In this document: in pieces, positions 20,072 to 30,402 of the stretch
How positions within the stretch are numbered: the stretch's first letter is position 1
How the letters are laid out: each line of letters starts with the position of its first letter
From: a bacterium
GTDB lineage: Bacteria > RBG-13-61-14 > DATKZS01
Length of the DNA: 64,000 bases
Assembly (NCBI GenBank): GCA_963674965.2
Contig: CAXXFL010000002.1
Location: 96,001-160,000, forward strand
Direction of reading: 5' to 3'
The notes under the pieces: generated by a model
Database searches by the model: none
What the model was told of the DNA's origin: nothing
What the model saw: only the letters and a program-made list of their open reading frames with translations
Position numbers and translations under genes: made by a program

Positions 20072-20308
20072 CTAGCTCTTTCTTTCCTGTGAAGAAATTC
20101 CCTACAAAACTATGGAGCATTCCCTCAAACTTCTTGAATTGGGTCTGCAATTCTGATTCGTCAACCTGGGGAACTTTTTTATCTCGGAGGTGGGTTAGGT
20201 TCATGAACCAGTCTCGCATTCTCTTAAATTCCATCACGAGTCGCTGATTCACCTCCGCTTGAAAGGGTTCCTTGCGCATCAAGTATTCGCCGACATGCAA
20301 TCGGCTTC
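20043..20308 (-). pseudogene. C-terminal fragment of an upstream partner gene (possible HEPN-like R..H motif)
   Basis: RMRDWFMNLTH..ELDEILRQTNR; overlaps the next start by 29 nt; 5' part lost at the ~20308 junction. Confidence 0.55.
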
Positions 20309-20938
20309 GTGGGTGAAAGCGTTGAAGGCGAGGAAAAAATTCCAGAGGAAGTCGTGAACCGATTCAAGGCGCTATGGGATGTATACTGGGAAGGCTCGGG
20401 CAAGGAGGATGCCGAGGAAAAGCCCGATGCCTGTCTGTTCGGCACTTGGTTCTCATCCGGGCAGTTTCCGGAGCAGTGGGCGCTCGATCAACTTGAAAAT
20501 TTTGTGAACGTCGCCCAAACGCCGGAACCCGATCATGCAATTGTGGAACAGCTCGTAAAGGTATCTCAGGTAGACATCGTAAGAGCAGTCCGTATCCTTG
20601 ATCGGATGATCCGTGGTGATCGAGAGGGATGGCGCATACACGGATGGCAAGATTCAGCAATGCAGATATTAGAGGTGGCGATGAAGGCTGGCGGAGACGC
20701 ACGGACGCAAGCCGAGCAGGTCATCAACTATTTAGGACGACGTGGTTATCGCGAGTTCGGTGAACTGCTTACCCGCATGCACAAGGGCCGGAAGATCATG
20801 GTCAAGGTGCGGGACGACGGCTTCGAGTACGATGGACAGCTTTTCCGCTCGCTCACCGCCATCGCCAAGGAGATCACTGGCTCGCACTGGAACGGCTACG
20901 ATTTCTTCGGGCTGGGTGGAAACGGAGAGAGAAGTTGA
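20309..20938 (+). pseudogene. Chimera: probable C-terminus of the large hypothetical protein fused at ~20770 to a DUF2924 C-terminus
   Basis: TRMHKGRKIMVKVRDDGFEYDGQLFRSLTAIAKEITGSHWNGYDFFGL is a DUF2924-type ending that overlaps the recombinase start; codon style shifts at ~20770. Confidence 0.75.
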
Positions 20939-22514
20939 GCAGACGAACCAACAGCCCGGGCAACAAAGCCCGCCAGGATCAGACAATCGTGCGGTGCGCC
21001 GTCTACACCCGCAAGTCCACGGAAGAGGGCCTCGACCAGGAGTTCAACACACTGGACGCCCAGCGCGAGTCGGGTGAGCTCTATATCCAGAGCCAGAAGC
21101 ACGAGGGCTGGACCTGCATACCGGACCGCTACGACGACGGCGGCTTCTCCGGCGGCAACATAGAGCGCCCCGCGCTCAAGCGCCTGCTGGCCGACGTCGA
21201 GGCAGGCAAGGTCGACTGCATCATCGTCTACAAGGTTGACCGCCTCAGCCGCTCCATCCTCGACTTTGCCAGGCTCATGGAGACCCTTGAGCGCCACAAC
21301 GTCTCCTTCGTTTCGGTCACCCAGAAGTTTTCGACCACTGACTCCATGGGCCGCCTCACCCTCAATATGCTCCTCTCCTTCGCCCAGTTCGAGCGCGAGA
21401 TCATTGCCGAGCGCACCCGCGACAAGATGTCGGCCGCCCGGCGTAAGGGCAAGTGGATCGGAGGCATGCCGTCCCTCGGCTACGACGTGGACCCGCGCGG
21501 CGGCCGCTTGCTCGTGAACGAGGGCGAGGCCATCATGGTCCGCGCCATCTTCGAGCTTTACCTTGAGAAGCGCGCCCTCCTCCCCACGGTGCAGGAGTTG
21601 AACCGGCGCGGTTGGACCACCAAGCGATGGATCACCAAGAACGGCGGCGAGCGCGGCGGCAAGCCCTTCGACAAGGCGATCTTGTCCCGGATGCTCTCCA
21701 ACGTCATTTACCTGGGCAAGGTCAGCTTCCGGGGGGAACTCATCGAGGGCGAACACGAGGCCATCCTGAGCGAGGAGGTCTGGAACCAGGTCCAGGAGAC
21801 CAGGCGTCGCCACGTCGAAACCGGTGGGGCCACGGTCCGCACAAGACCGGCGCGCTCCTGAAGGGCTTGCTTTACTGCGGGCCCTGCGGCACGGCCATGA
21901 GCCACAAATGGACCGTCAACAAGAAACAGCAGTACTACCGATACTACGTCTGCACCACCGCCGAGAAGCGGGGCTGGGACTCGTGCCCGACCAAGTCGCT
22001 GCCCGCGCCCGCGATTGAGAGCTTCGTGGTAGAGCGTATCCGCTGCATCGGCGAGGACCCATCCCTGGTCGCCGAGACCCTCCACCAGGCCAGGGCGCAG
22101 AACAAGAAGCGGGTTGATGAGCTTGAGAGCGAGAAGAAGCTGTTGGAGGGCGAGTTGAAGCAGCTTGACGCCCAGGTCCGGAAGTTGATCGGAGGCATGA
22201 CTCCCGATGGCAACAACCCTCCCCAGACCACGGCCAAGCTCGCGGACCTCCAGGACCGCATCCGTTTGAACGAACAGCGGGCCACGAACACCCGCGCCCG
22301 CATCACCCAAATCATGGACCTCCTCCTCCTCGCTCCCGACATCCAGGAAGATATCCTCCTTTTGCCACGAACCGTAGGAGGACATGATTCTATAAATGAG
22401 CACAAATTGAGGGTTATAACGGGAACACCTTTCTGGAGCAAGCAAAGGATGATGTGGAAAAAAAGAGGAGACCAGCCAGCAACTGACAAGACCAGCAATC
22501 TCATGTTAAAATAG
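20935..22514 (+). pseudogene. Large serine recombinase copy 2: 1-nt deletion at ~21841, then in-frame fusion at ~22289 to the accessory-gene C-terminus
   Basis: CAVYTRKS, DDGGFSG, VYKVDRLSRS; gtccgcacaag versus gtccgcaacaag in copy 1; ends RARITQIMDLLLLAPDIQE like 8101-8535. Confidence 0.9.
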
Positions 22515-22545
22515 CCACCTAATTTTTTAAGCGAGTAACAAGGTA

Positions 22546-23031
22546 ATGAAGGCAATGAAGGACACGAACAAGACCAAGGCAGAGTTGATTGAGGAGCTTG
22601 TCAAGCTTCGCTAAAAGCTTGAAGCTCAGGAAAAGGCATCCAGGGCCAAAGTCTCCACGACTGATCGGGCGGGAACGGAGAAGCTCTCGCCCGCTGACTA
22701 TCTGGTCCTGGTGGTGGACGACAGCTCGGTGGTACGAAAGTCGATCAAGTAGGAATTGGCCAAGGCCGGTTACCGGGTCAGTCTCGTAGCAACCGGCCGG
22801 GAGGCGTTGGAGCAGCTCAAAGGCCAACCGGACCTGGTTCTGCTCGATCCACGGATGCCCGATATGGACGGCCTGGAAGTTCTCAAAAAGCTCCGCCGTG
22901 CCAAACCGGGACGGCCTGTGATCATGCTCGCCGCCGCCGCGGACCTCGACAGCCGGATCGACGCCTTCAAGGCCGGGGCGGACGACGTAGTCCCAACATC
23001 ACGGAGAGTAAACATTCTGAGATCGCCCTGA
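22546..23031 (+). pseudogene. Response-regulator receiver pseudogene
   Basis: Single frame MKAMKDTNKTKAELIEELVKLR*..VLVVDDSSVVRKSIK*ELAKAGY..PDLVLLDPRMPDMDG with TAA at 22612 and TAG at 22750. Confidence 0.8.
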
Positions 23032-23271
23032 GGGAAAGCTAGGCCCGGTTTCGCGCCTTGGTTTCTAATGTCAACGCGGGCGCCTTCATTTCCCGCCTCA
23101 ACGGGCAATTCCTTTTAGTCAACCGAAAGGTGGCCGGCTTGATACCGGATTTCGAGGACGCGGAGGTCATCCCGATGGACAAATAGGAACGCCGTTGACA
23201 CGGTTTTTTGATTCTGCCAGGATAATGCAAACGCGCAAGGGCTTCTATGGTAGAATTAGAAAAGGCAGTGG

Positions 23272-26200
23272 ATGACAAAAAGGAAATCGAAAGATAAGAA
23301 ATGTGACGATGCTCTTGTTTCCAGGGGAGACAAGACGGCATCAACATCCGGGATTGACGGGACGGCTGAATCAAATGCCGAAGGTTTTCCTATCGTCGGC
23401 ATTGGTGCATCGGCCGGTGGGCTGAAGGCGTTTGAAGAGTTTTTTTCGGGGATGCCTTCCGACTCGAATCCCGACATGGCCTTTGTCCTTGTGCAGCACC
23501 TTGACCCAAACCATAAAAGTATCCTCACCGAACTTGTCCAACGCTACACCCGCATGAAAGTGTTCGAGGTCGAAGACGGGATGAAGGTCGAGCCTAACTG
23601 TGCTTACATCATCCCCCCAAACCGAGAAATGGCTCTTTTCAAAGGTGAGCTGCAGCTACTGGAACCATCCGCTCCCCGCGGACAGCGTCTGCCGATCAAC
23701 TTCTTTTTCCGGTCCCTGGCCCAGGATCAACACGAACGGGCTATCGGCATTGTGCTTTCAGGCACCGGCAGCGACGGCTCCTTGGGGTTGCGTGACATAA
23801 AGGGCGAGGGCGGCATGGTGATCGCTCAATCACCTGAATCCTCCGAGTATGACGGGATGCCCAACAACGCCATCGCCACCGGCCTGGTGGACTACATCCT
23901 GCCCCCGGCACGGATGCCCGCTCAACTGATAGCTTTTACCAACCATCGCTTTGGCCTTCCTACTCGTATTTCCGAAGGTTCAATTTCCAAGTCAGAAAAT
24001 GCCTGGAAGAAAACCCTCCTCCTCCTGCATTCTCAGACCGGCCACGACTTTTCCGATTACAAGCCCAACACCATCCTCCGCCGGATTGGCAGAAGAATGG
24101 CGGTCAACCAGATCGAAACCATGGACGATTACGTCAAATTCCAGCAGCAGTCTCGGGATGAAGTGAAGGCGCTTTTTCAAGACCTGCTGATCGGAGTGAC
24201 CAGTTTTTTTCGCGACCCCGAAGCCTTCAAATCACTCGAAGAATCTGCCCTTCCCAAACTTTTCGCGACCAAGCCGCATGGCGGCTCGATCCGGGTTTGG
24301 TCGCCGGGATGCTCCACCGGCGAGGAAGCTTATTCCATAGCCATTCTCCTGCAAGAAAGAATAGAGGCTTTGGGAGTAAATTACGATGTCCAGATTTTCG
24401 CCACCGACATTGACAGCCGGACGATCGACACCGCCCGTGCCGGGCTGTATCCGGCCAGTATTGCCAGCGACCTTTCTCCGGAGCGATTGAAACGCTTTTT
24501 CACGGAGGAACCCGGCGGCGAAAGCTTCCGTGTCCATAAGCGTATCCGTGACCTGCTGATCTTTTCAGAACAGAACGTGATAAAGGACCCGCCCTTTTCC
24601 AAACTCGACCTGATCAGTTGTCGCAATCTCCTGATCTATATGGGCGGGGACCTCCAGAAAAAACTCATCCCCCTGTTTCACTATGCCCTTAACCCGGGCG
24701 GATTCCTGTTCCTGGGCACCTCGGAGACCGTTGGAGATTTCGGAGACCTATTTTCCGTGGTGGACCGAAAATCCAAGCTATACCAGCGCCGGGAAGGTTC
24801 CAACGTCGAACGGACGCTACTTAGGGTTATCCAACCGTCTCCTTTCCGGCAAGTGAGCGCGGCTCCGGCGAGTGGAAAGATAAAATCTCCCGCAAAGCAG
24901 CCAGTCCGCGAGCTGACCGAACAAACGATCCTGCAGCGCCTTTCCCCGGCCGCGGCCCTTGTCAACGGCGCGGGAGATATACTATACCTCCATGGCCGTA
25001 CCGGTCTCTATCTGGAACCAGCCCCCGGCGAGACCGGCGTGAACAATATTCTGAAAATGGCCCGCGAAGGTTTGCGCCGCGAACTGACCACGGCCCTGCG
25101 TCAAGCCGAGAAGAGCGGGGATACCGTGAGATACCAGGGACTGCGGGTTAAATCCAACGGAGATTATTCGCTAGTGTCCCTTACCGTTCTGCCGGTCGTG
25201 GCTGGCGCCGACGGCGCCATAAACGAGCCTTTGTACCTGGTGGCTCTGGAGAAATCTTCATCCGCCTCTCCCAAGGCGGAAAACGCTCGGAATGCCGACG
25301 CCGGCGTCGAAAATCAGGACTCCGATGAGGCTACCCAAATCGCGGCGCTCAAGCAGGAATTGCGGCTCAAGGAAGAATATCTCCAGGCCACTAACGAGGA
25401 ACTGGAGACCTCGAATGAAGAACTGAAGTCCTCCAACGAGGAGATGCAATCCGTGAACGAGGAATTGCAATCCACCAACGAGGAGTTGGAAACTTCAAAG
25501 GAAGAATTGCAATCGGTCAATGAGGAATTGTCCACGGTCAACGCCGAGTTGCAAACCAAAGTGGCGGACCTTTCGCGGACCAACAACGACATGAACAACC
25601 TGCTGGCCGGAACGGGCATCGGCACCGTCTTCGTGGATCACGGCCTTTGCATTATGCGTTTTACTCCCACCGCCACCAAGATGATCAACCTGATCTCCTC
25701 GGACGTGGGCAGGCCGGTGGGCCACATCGTTTCCAATCTTTTGGGATATGATCGCCTGGTCGAGGATGTGCGGGAAGTGCTCGATAGCCTGATCCCTAAA
25801 GAGATGGAGGTCCAATCCACGGAAGGCGCCTGGTACGCCATGCGCATTCAGCCCTACCGGACTTTGGAAAACGTGATCGAGGGCGCGGTAATCACCTTTA
25901 CGGACATCACCCGTGAAAAGAAAATCCAGGAAAAGCTGAGAGAGAGCGAAACAAAATTCCGCGGGCTCTTCGAGGGCGCTCCATTGGCGATGGCAATCCT
26001 GGAAACGGAGCTTGACCAAGATGGGGAAGCCGGGGACATTATCTTCCGAGCGATCAATACAGCATTCGAGCGCGAGACCGGCTTGCAGGGACTCAACATC
26101 CAGGGCAAGGGTCTGGCTCGGGTTTTCCAAAAGGTTGACATGAAAAATATGTTAGATGCTCTCGGAGCCGCCGCCTCAGTCTCCGAGCCGGTCACCTTCA

Positions 26201-26316
26201 GGCTGCTATCCGTCTCGACCCAAAAGAGCTATGCCGTCACGGCCTATCCGATCGCTCTAAACCAGTGCGCGGCTATTTTTAACCCTGAACCTAACTCCAC
26301 AAGCCAGGAACGGTAA
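23272..26316 (+). CDS. CheB-CheR fusion protein with coiled coil and PAS domains
   Basis: GASAGG/VQH/GTGSDG methylesterase triad; VTSFFRD, GCSTGEEAYS, CRNLLIY methyltransferase; NEELQS heptads; PAS. Confidence 0.95.
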   Translation: MTKRKSKDKKCDDALVSRGDKTASTSGIDGTAESNAEGFPIVGIGASAGGLKAFEEFFSGMPSDSNPDMAFVLVQHLDPNHKSILTELVQRYTRMKVFEVEDGMKVEPNCAYIIPPNREMALFKGELQLLEPSAPRGQRLPINFFFRSLAQDQHERAIGIVLSGTGSDGSLGLRDIKGEGGMVIAQSPESSEYDGMPNNAIATGLVDYILPPARMPAQLIAFTNHRFGLPTRISEGSISKSENAWKKTLLLLHSQTGHDFSDYKPNTILRRIGRRMAVNQIETMDDYVKFQQQSRDEVKALFQDLLIGVTSFFRDPEAFKSLEESALPKLFATKPHGGSIRVWSPGCSTGEEAYSIAILLQERIEALGVNYDVQIFATDIDSRTIDTARAGLYPASIASDLSPERLKRFFTEEPGGESFRVHKRIRDLLIFSEQNVIKDPPFSKLDLISCRNLLIYMGGDLQKKLIPLFHYALNPGGFLFLGTSETVGDFGDLFSVVDRKSKLYQRREGSNVERTLLRVIQPSPFRQVSAAPASGKIKSPAKQPVRELTEQTILQRLSPAAALVNGAGDILYLHGRTGLYLEPAPGETGVNNILKMAREGLRRELTTALRQAEKSGDTVRYQGLRVKSNGDYSLVSLTVLPVVAGADGAINEPLYLVALEKSSSASPKAENARNADAGVENQDSDEATQIAALKQELRLKEEYLQATNEELETSNEELKSSNEEMQSVNEELQSTNEELETSKEELQSVNEELSTVNAELQTKVADLSRTNNDMNNLLAGTGIGTVFVDHGLCIMRFTPTATKMINLISSDVGRPVGHIVSNLLGYDRLVEDVREVLDSLIPKEMEVQSTEGAWYAMRIQPYRTLENVIEGAVITFTDITREKKIQEKLRESETKFRGLFEGAPLAMAILETELDQDGEAGDIIFRAINTAFERETGLQGLNIQGKGLARVFQKVDMKNMLDALGAAASVSEPVTFRLLSVSTQKSYAVTAYPIALNQCAAIFNPEPNSTSQER
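25390..25560 (+). repeat. 21-nt coding heptad repeats (NEELxSx)
   Basis: TNEELETSNEELKSSNEEMQSVNEELQSTNEELETSKEELQSVNEELST. Confidence 0.8.
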
Positions 26317-26364
26317 GATGAAGAATGTTAATGATGCGGCCTGGCAAGTAAATGGAGGCGATCG

Positions 26365-28062
26365 ATGGGAAGCAAGGATAATAAACCCGACGGCGCTGAA
26401 CTGAGACGACGGGCGGAACAGGCCGCGGCGGAAAGTGCCGATCAGACGCCGGCAAAGTTCGATACGTTATCCAAGGAGGAAACTCGGAGCATAATCCACG
26501 AACTTCGCGTGCATCAGATCGAACTGGAGATGCAGAATGAGGAGCTGCGCCGGGCTCAGGAGGAACTTGCAACCTCGCGGGCCAGGTATTTGGATCTTTA
26601 CGACCTGGCCCCGGTGGGTTATTGCACCCTGAGCGAAAAGGGTCTCATTCTTGAGGCCAACCTCACCCTGGCCGGGCTGCTGGGAAAGGTCCGATCAGAA
26701 TTGATCAAGCAGCCGATCACCCGGTTTATCCTTCCCGAGGACCAGGACATTTATTATCTGCATCGCAAGCGCCTTTTCGAAACCGGAGAGCCGCAGACCT
26801 GCGAGATGAGAATGCTGAACGCTGACGGCTCCGCCCTTTGGGCGATGCTTAAGGCCACCGCCGAACACGACGCGGCCGGCGCTCCCGGCTGCCGGGTTGT
26901 GATCAATGACGTCTCCGAGCGAAAAAGCTTAGAAGAAGAGCGCATAAAGAGCCAACATCTTGAATCCATCGGCTTTTTGGCGGGCGGCATCGCCCACGAC
27001 TTTAACAACATCCTAACCGGCGTCACGGCAAATCTTTCCATAGCCAAAATGGAACTGGAAGAAAACCGGGACCCCACGGAAAGCATCATCGACGCATTAA
27101 AGGCTTCCGACCGTGCCCGCATACTGACCCGCCAGTTACTCACTTTCGCCAGCGGCGGCGCCCCGGTGAAGGAGCTGACCTCGATCGGTGATCTTATTAC
27201 CGAGACGGTTGACTTCGTCAAGCGTGGATCGAAGGTCAAGTGCGACCTGGTGATATCCGATGAGTTGTCCGCGGTAAATGTGGACCCGGGCCAGATTAAC
27301 CAGGTCATCAATAATATCGTCATCAACGCCATTCAGGCCATGCCTGAGGGGGGCAATGTACTTGTTGAAGCTCGGAATGAAAAAATCAAGCAAGGAAATA
27401 CTCTTAATCTACCTGGCGGGGACTTCATTAAAATTGCCATTTCCGACAACGGACCAGGCATCAGTCCGAAAATCATTTCTCAGATATTCACCCCCTACTT
27501 TACTACCAAACAAAAAGGATCGGGGCTGGGGCTGGCCACCAGCTATACTATCGTCAAAAGGCACGGGGGCAATCTTACTGTTTACTCGGAATTGGGCAAA
27601 GGCTGTTCATTCACTATTTATCTGCCGGCTGACAAATCCGTGAAGGTGGGGGCTCCAAAGCCGAAAAAGAGCATCGTTAAAGGCAAGGGATCAATACTGT
27701 TGATGGACGATCAAGAGGTCATCATTCGGACTACTTCTCGAGCACTGATAAAGCTTGGGTACGAGGTCGAGTCAGCTTTTGACGGAGCCCAGGCTATTGA
27801 GAAATATAAAGCCCGCCTTCAGGCTGGAAACCCATTTGACGTGGTAATCATGGACCTGACCGTTCCCGGCGGCATGGGGGGCCAGGAGACGATCAAGGAA
27901 ATGAAAAAAATCGACCCCGACGTCAAGGCCATCGTCGCCAGCGGCTATTCCGAAGACCCGGTGCTGGCCAATTTCGAGGAGTACGGTTTCATGGGGATGG
28001 TGGCGAAGCCTTTCAGGCTTGAAGAACTCAGTCAGACCCTGGCATCAATTCTGGTTTCATAG
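26365..28062 (+). CDS. PAS hybrid sensor histidine kinase/response regulator
   Basis: GGIAHDFNN H-box, NAIQAM, DNGPG, FTTK..GSGLGL; receiver LLMDD..MDLTVP..KPF. Confidence 0.95.
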   Translation: MGSKDNKPDGAELRRRAEQAAAESADQTPAKFDTLSKEETRSIIHELRVHQIELEMQNEELRRAQEELATSRARYLDLYDLAPVGYCTLSEKGLILEANLTLAGLLGKVRSELIKQPITRFILPEDQDIYYLHRKRLFETGEPQTCEMRMLNADGSALWAMLKATAEHDAAGAPGCRVVINDVSERKSLEEERIKSQHLESIGFLAGGIAHDFNNILTGVTANLSIAKMELEENRDPTESIIDALKASDRARILTRQLLTFASGGAPVKELTSIGDLITETVDFVKRGSKVKCDLVISDELSAVNVDPGQINQVINNIVINAIQAMPEGGNVLVEARNEKIKQGNTLNLPGGDFIKIAISDNGPGISPKIISQIFTPYFTTKQKGSGLGLATSYTIVKRHGGNLTVYSELGKGCSFTIYLPADKSVKVGAPKPKKSIVKGKGSILLMDDQEVIIRTTSRALIKLGYEVESAFDGAQAIEKYKARLQAGNPFDVVIMDLTVPGGMGGQETIKEMKKIDPDVKAIVASGYSEDPVLANFEEYGFMGMVAKPFRLEELSQTLASILVS

Positions 28063-28094
28063 TTGTAAGCCTGTAAGCCGCAATCCCATCCAAC

Positions 28095-28131
28095 AAAAAA
28101 AAGAGGACAGTGTCATTTGACCTGCCCCCTT
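28095..28131 (-). terminator. Intrinsic terminator downstream of the small ORF
   Basis: Minus strand GGGGGCAG..CTGTCCTC followed by a T run. Confidence 0.5.
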
Positions 28132-28146
28132 GGGTGGGTTGGTGGT

Positions 28147-28239
28147 TTATGCAAAAGGAACGTCACTCAGAACATCCTTCATCTTCTTCTCGGCGTCGAA
28201 GGTCTGACAGATTGTTTGGCCCGCGAACTGGAAGTTCAT
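28147..28239 (-). CDS. Unannotated 30-aa ORF (MNFQFAGQTICQTFDAEKKMKDVLSDVPFA) divergent from lexA
   Basis: AAAGGAGG RBS 11 nt upstream; terminator immediately downstream. Confidence 0.45.
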   Translation of the reverse strand: MNFQFAGQTICQTFDAEKKMKDVLSDVPFA

Positions 28240-28357
28240 GGCCCGGAAGACCTCCTTTTTGTCCTGTTTGAGCTTGGCTCCCACGACCAGCCAACCCCCG
28301 TACCAATCTCTAACTCACTGATATTAAAGAAGCTCCGAAATATTTTAAATTTTTTAT

Positions 28358-28390
28358 TTGCCCTTATGGGAATAAGTGCTATAATGTGTA
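28358..28390 (+). promoter_or_regulatory. lexA promoter with candidate operators
   Basis: TTGCCC-16 nt-TATAAT with extended TG; inverted repeats CTTAT-ggga-ATAAG and ATGT-gt-ACAT. Confidence 0.55.
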
Positions 28391-28418
28391 CATCCTCTGG
28401 CAAGAGGGTCATGAAGAG

Positions 28419-29073
28419 ATGAAGAAGATGAAGACACGGGGGCGGGGCCGGCCGCCCACTGAGGAGATCACAGAGCCGCAACGGAACACGCTGGCGGAGA
28501 TCAGTGACTTCCTCGCGGCCAAGGGTTTCCCGCCATCCATCAAGGAACTGTCCGAGATTCTCGGCATCTCGCAGATGAGCGTCCACGCCCAGGTGGAGCA
28601 ACTCATCCGCAAGGGATACCTGAAGCGGGAGCCAGGCAAGGCCCGCGGGCTCACCATACTCCGCGATCCGGACAGCCAGATCACCGAACTCATCTCCGTG
28701 CCAATTGTCGGCAAGGTCGCGGCGGGAGCGCCGATCCTGGCCGTGGAGCACATCACCGGCGAGATATTGATTGATGACAAGGCAGCGCGCTCGGGACGCT
28801 GTTTCGCGCTGGAAGTGTCCGGCGACAGCATGATCGACGCGGGCATAGCCGAAGGCGATCTCGTCATCGTCCGCCAACAGTCATTGGCGGAGAGCGGGGG
28901 ACATTGTTGTTGCCCTTTTGGAAGATGAAGCGACCGTGAAAAGGCTCTACGTTCGTGACGCTCGGATTGAACTTCGTCCGGAAAACCCCAAACACAGACC
29001 CATTCCCATCGGTCCTGATGACGATCTGCGCATCCTCGGCAAAGTAGTGGCGATCAGGCACTCCAAGGATTGA
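28419..29073 (+). pseudogene. lexA: LexA-like repressor with +1 frameshift in a G5 run (28896-28900)
   Basis: wHTH FPPSIKELSE, VAAGAP cleavage site, GDSM Ser; shifted frame continues DIVVALLEDEATVKRL..PENP..ILGKVV to TGA 29073. Confidence 0.9.
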
Positions 29074-29211
29074 AGACGGGCCGCGCCCGGGCCGCCACCG
29101 GGAGCAGTCAAGATTCAATCCGGGTGTCCTGATTAGAGGTCTTTCCTGGTTCGTTGGTCGCGTAGCCAGGAAGGAGGAGTGTTTTCAGATTTCCAGAAGG
29201 GGGTGTGGAAA

Positions 29212-30402
29212 ATGGCAATGTTCAATCTTCGCAGGTTCTCGAATCCGGACGTGTTGAAGTCGGTAGGCCGCGAGCATTTGTTGGCGCTCCTCGCGCCGCA
29301 CCAGGAGTACCTCGCGCGGCGAGGGGTTACTCTGCCTCCGTTGCAGGCGGCCAACGGAATTGATTACGAGGGGCTGGTCGGGGTGTTCATGAGTCCGGGG
29401 ACGGACACTCCACGAGACCTGGCCAATGCGCTTTACCTGGTCCACGAGATGGCAACGCCGGGAGGGATGAACGATCTGCTGCTTGAGGCGGAGCGCAGGG
29501 GCATCGCCTTCACGAATCGAGAAGCGACTCCCGCCGATGTCGCGGTCCAGGCCTGGTTGCAATGCCCGGAGCTCCTCGAGAACAAACACGCCGAGCAACG
29601 GGGTCTGCGCCGGCGAGCGTTTGAATACTACCAGACCGACCGGAGTCCAGTCCCGTCATTCGATGAACCCACGAAGGAAACCTTGGGCGCACTCGAGCAG
29701 GACCTGGACAACTGGTTCGAACAGAAACAGCGGGGCCGGTGCAGCAAGGTGATCCTTCATTCCCACAACGACGAGGTCTGGTTTTTTGTCCGCCACGGCG
29801 ATCCGTTCAAGCGCGAGGGCTGCCTTGAGGACGGCAGGTCATCGTCGGTGTTCTACCGGCCAGAGAAGCACGATCTCCTGATCTACAGACCGGCCCTGGG
29901 CGAGGTCAGGATCAACGCGAGGACCAAGGCCGAGCGGGACATGTATCGCGGCAAGTTCGGGCATCACGTGTTCGGAGACGAGGCTTTCTTCCCTGGTGAC
30001 GGCAAGTATTCGCTCCGGCCTTTGATCCGCGACGGCGAGGCCTCGATGGTCTGCACCGACGTGGAAGGCATGGAGTGGGTGAAGCTCAAAGAGGTCCATT
30101 ACTTTTGGGGCGGCCCGATGCGCGAGATCGAGATCAGGAAGGCCGACGACTTGTTCGCGGCGCTGGCCATGCACCGTCGCGTGATCCCGCCCCAGGCGCG
30201 CATCCAGTCCGCGACCTTTCAGGTGAAGTTCGCGGATAGCCGGACGGCTCGGATCGTAACCATCAAACCATCCAACATCGCACAGTACACCAGAGACGAC
30301 GACAGTTCAATAATTGAGGACTGGCTCACCAAGCGTGGCTTTATTAATGCAGAAGGAAGTTATGGACATGTTGAAGCTCCAGCGCTTGTGGCGGTCTCTT
30401 GA
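29212..30402 (+). CDS. Hypothetical protein (~396 aa) following lexA
   Basis: Long ORF with GC3-biased codons; overlaps the next ORF. Confidence 0.8.
   Translation: MAMFNLRRFSNPDVLKSVGREHLLALLAPHQEYLARRGVTLPPLQAANGIDYEGLVGVFMSPGTDTPRDLANALYLVHEMATPGGMNDLLLEAERRGIAFTNREATPADVAVQAWLQCPELLENKHAEQRGLRRRAFEYYQTDRSPVPSFDEPTKETLGALEQDLDNWFEQKQRGRCSKVILHSHNDEVWFFVRHGDPFKREGCLEDGRSSSVFYRPEKHDLLIYRPALGEVRINARTKAERDMYRGKFGHHVFGDEAFFPGDGKYSLRPLIRDGEASMVCTDVEGMEWVKLKEVHYFWGGPMREIEIRKADDLFAALAMHRRVIPPQARIQSATFQVKFADSRTARIVTIKPSNIAQYTRDDDSSIIEDWLTKRGFINAEGSYGHVEAPALVAVS

Noticed and set aside
22546-22760. Stop-codon readthrough or recoding in the receiver gene
   Set aside because: Two different stops (TAA and TAG), and both terminate normal genes elsewhere; pseudogenisation is simpler
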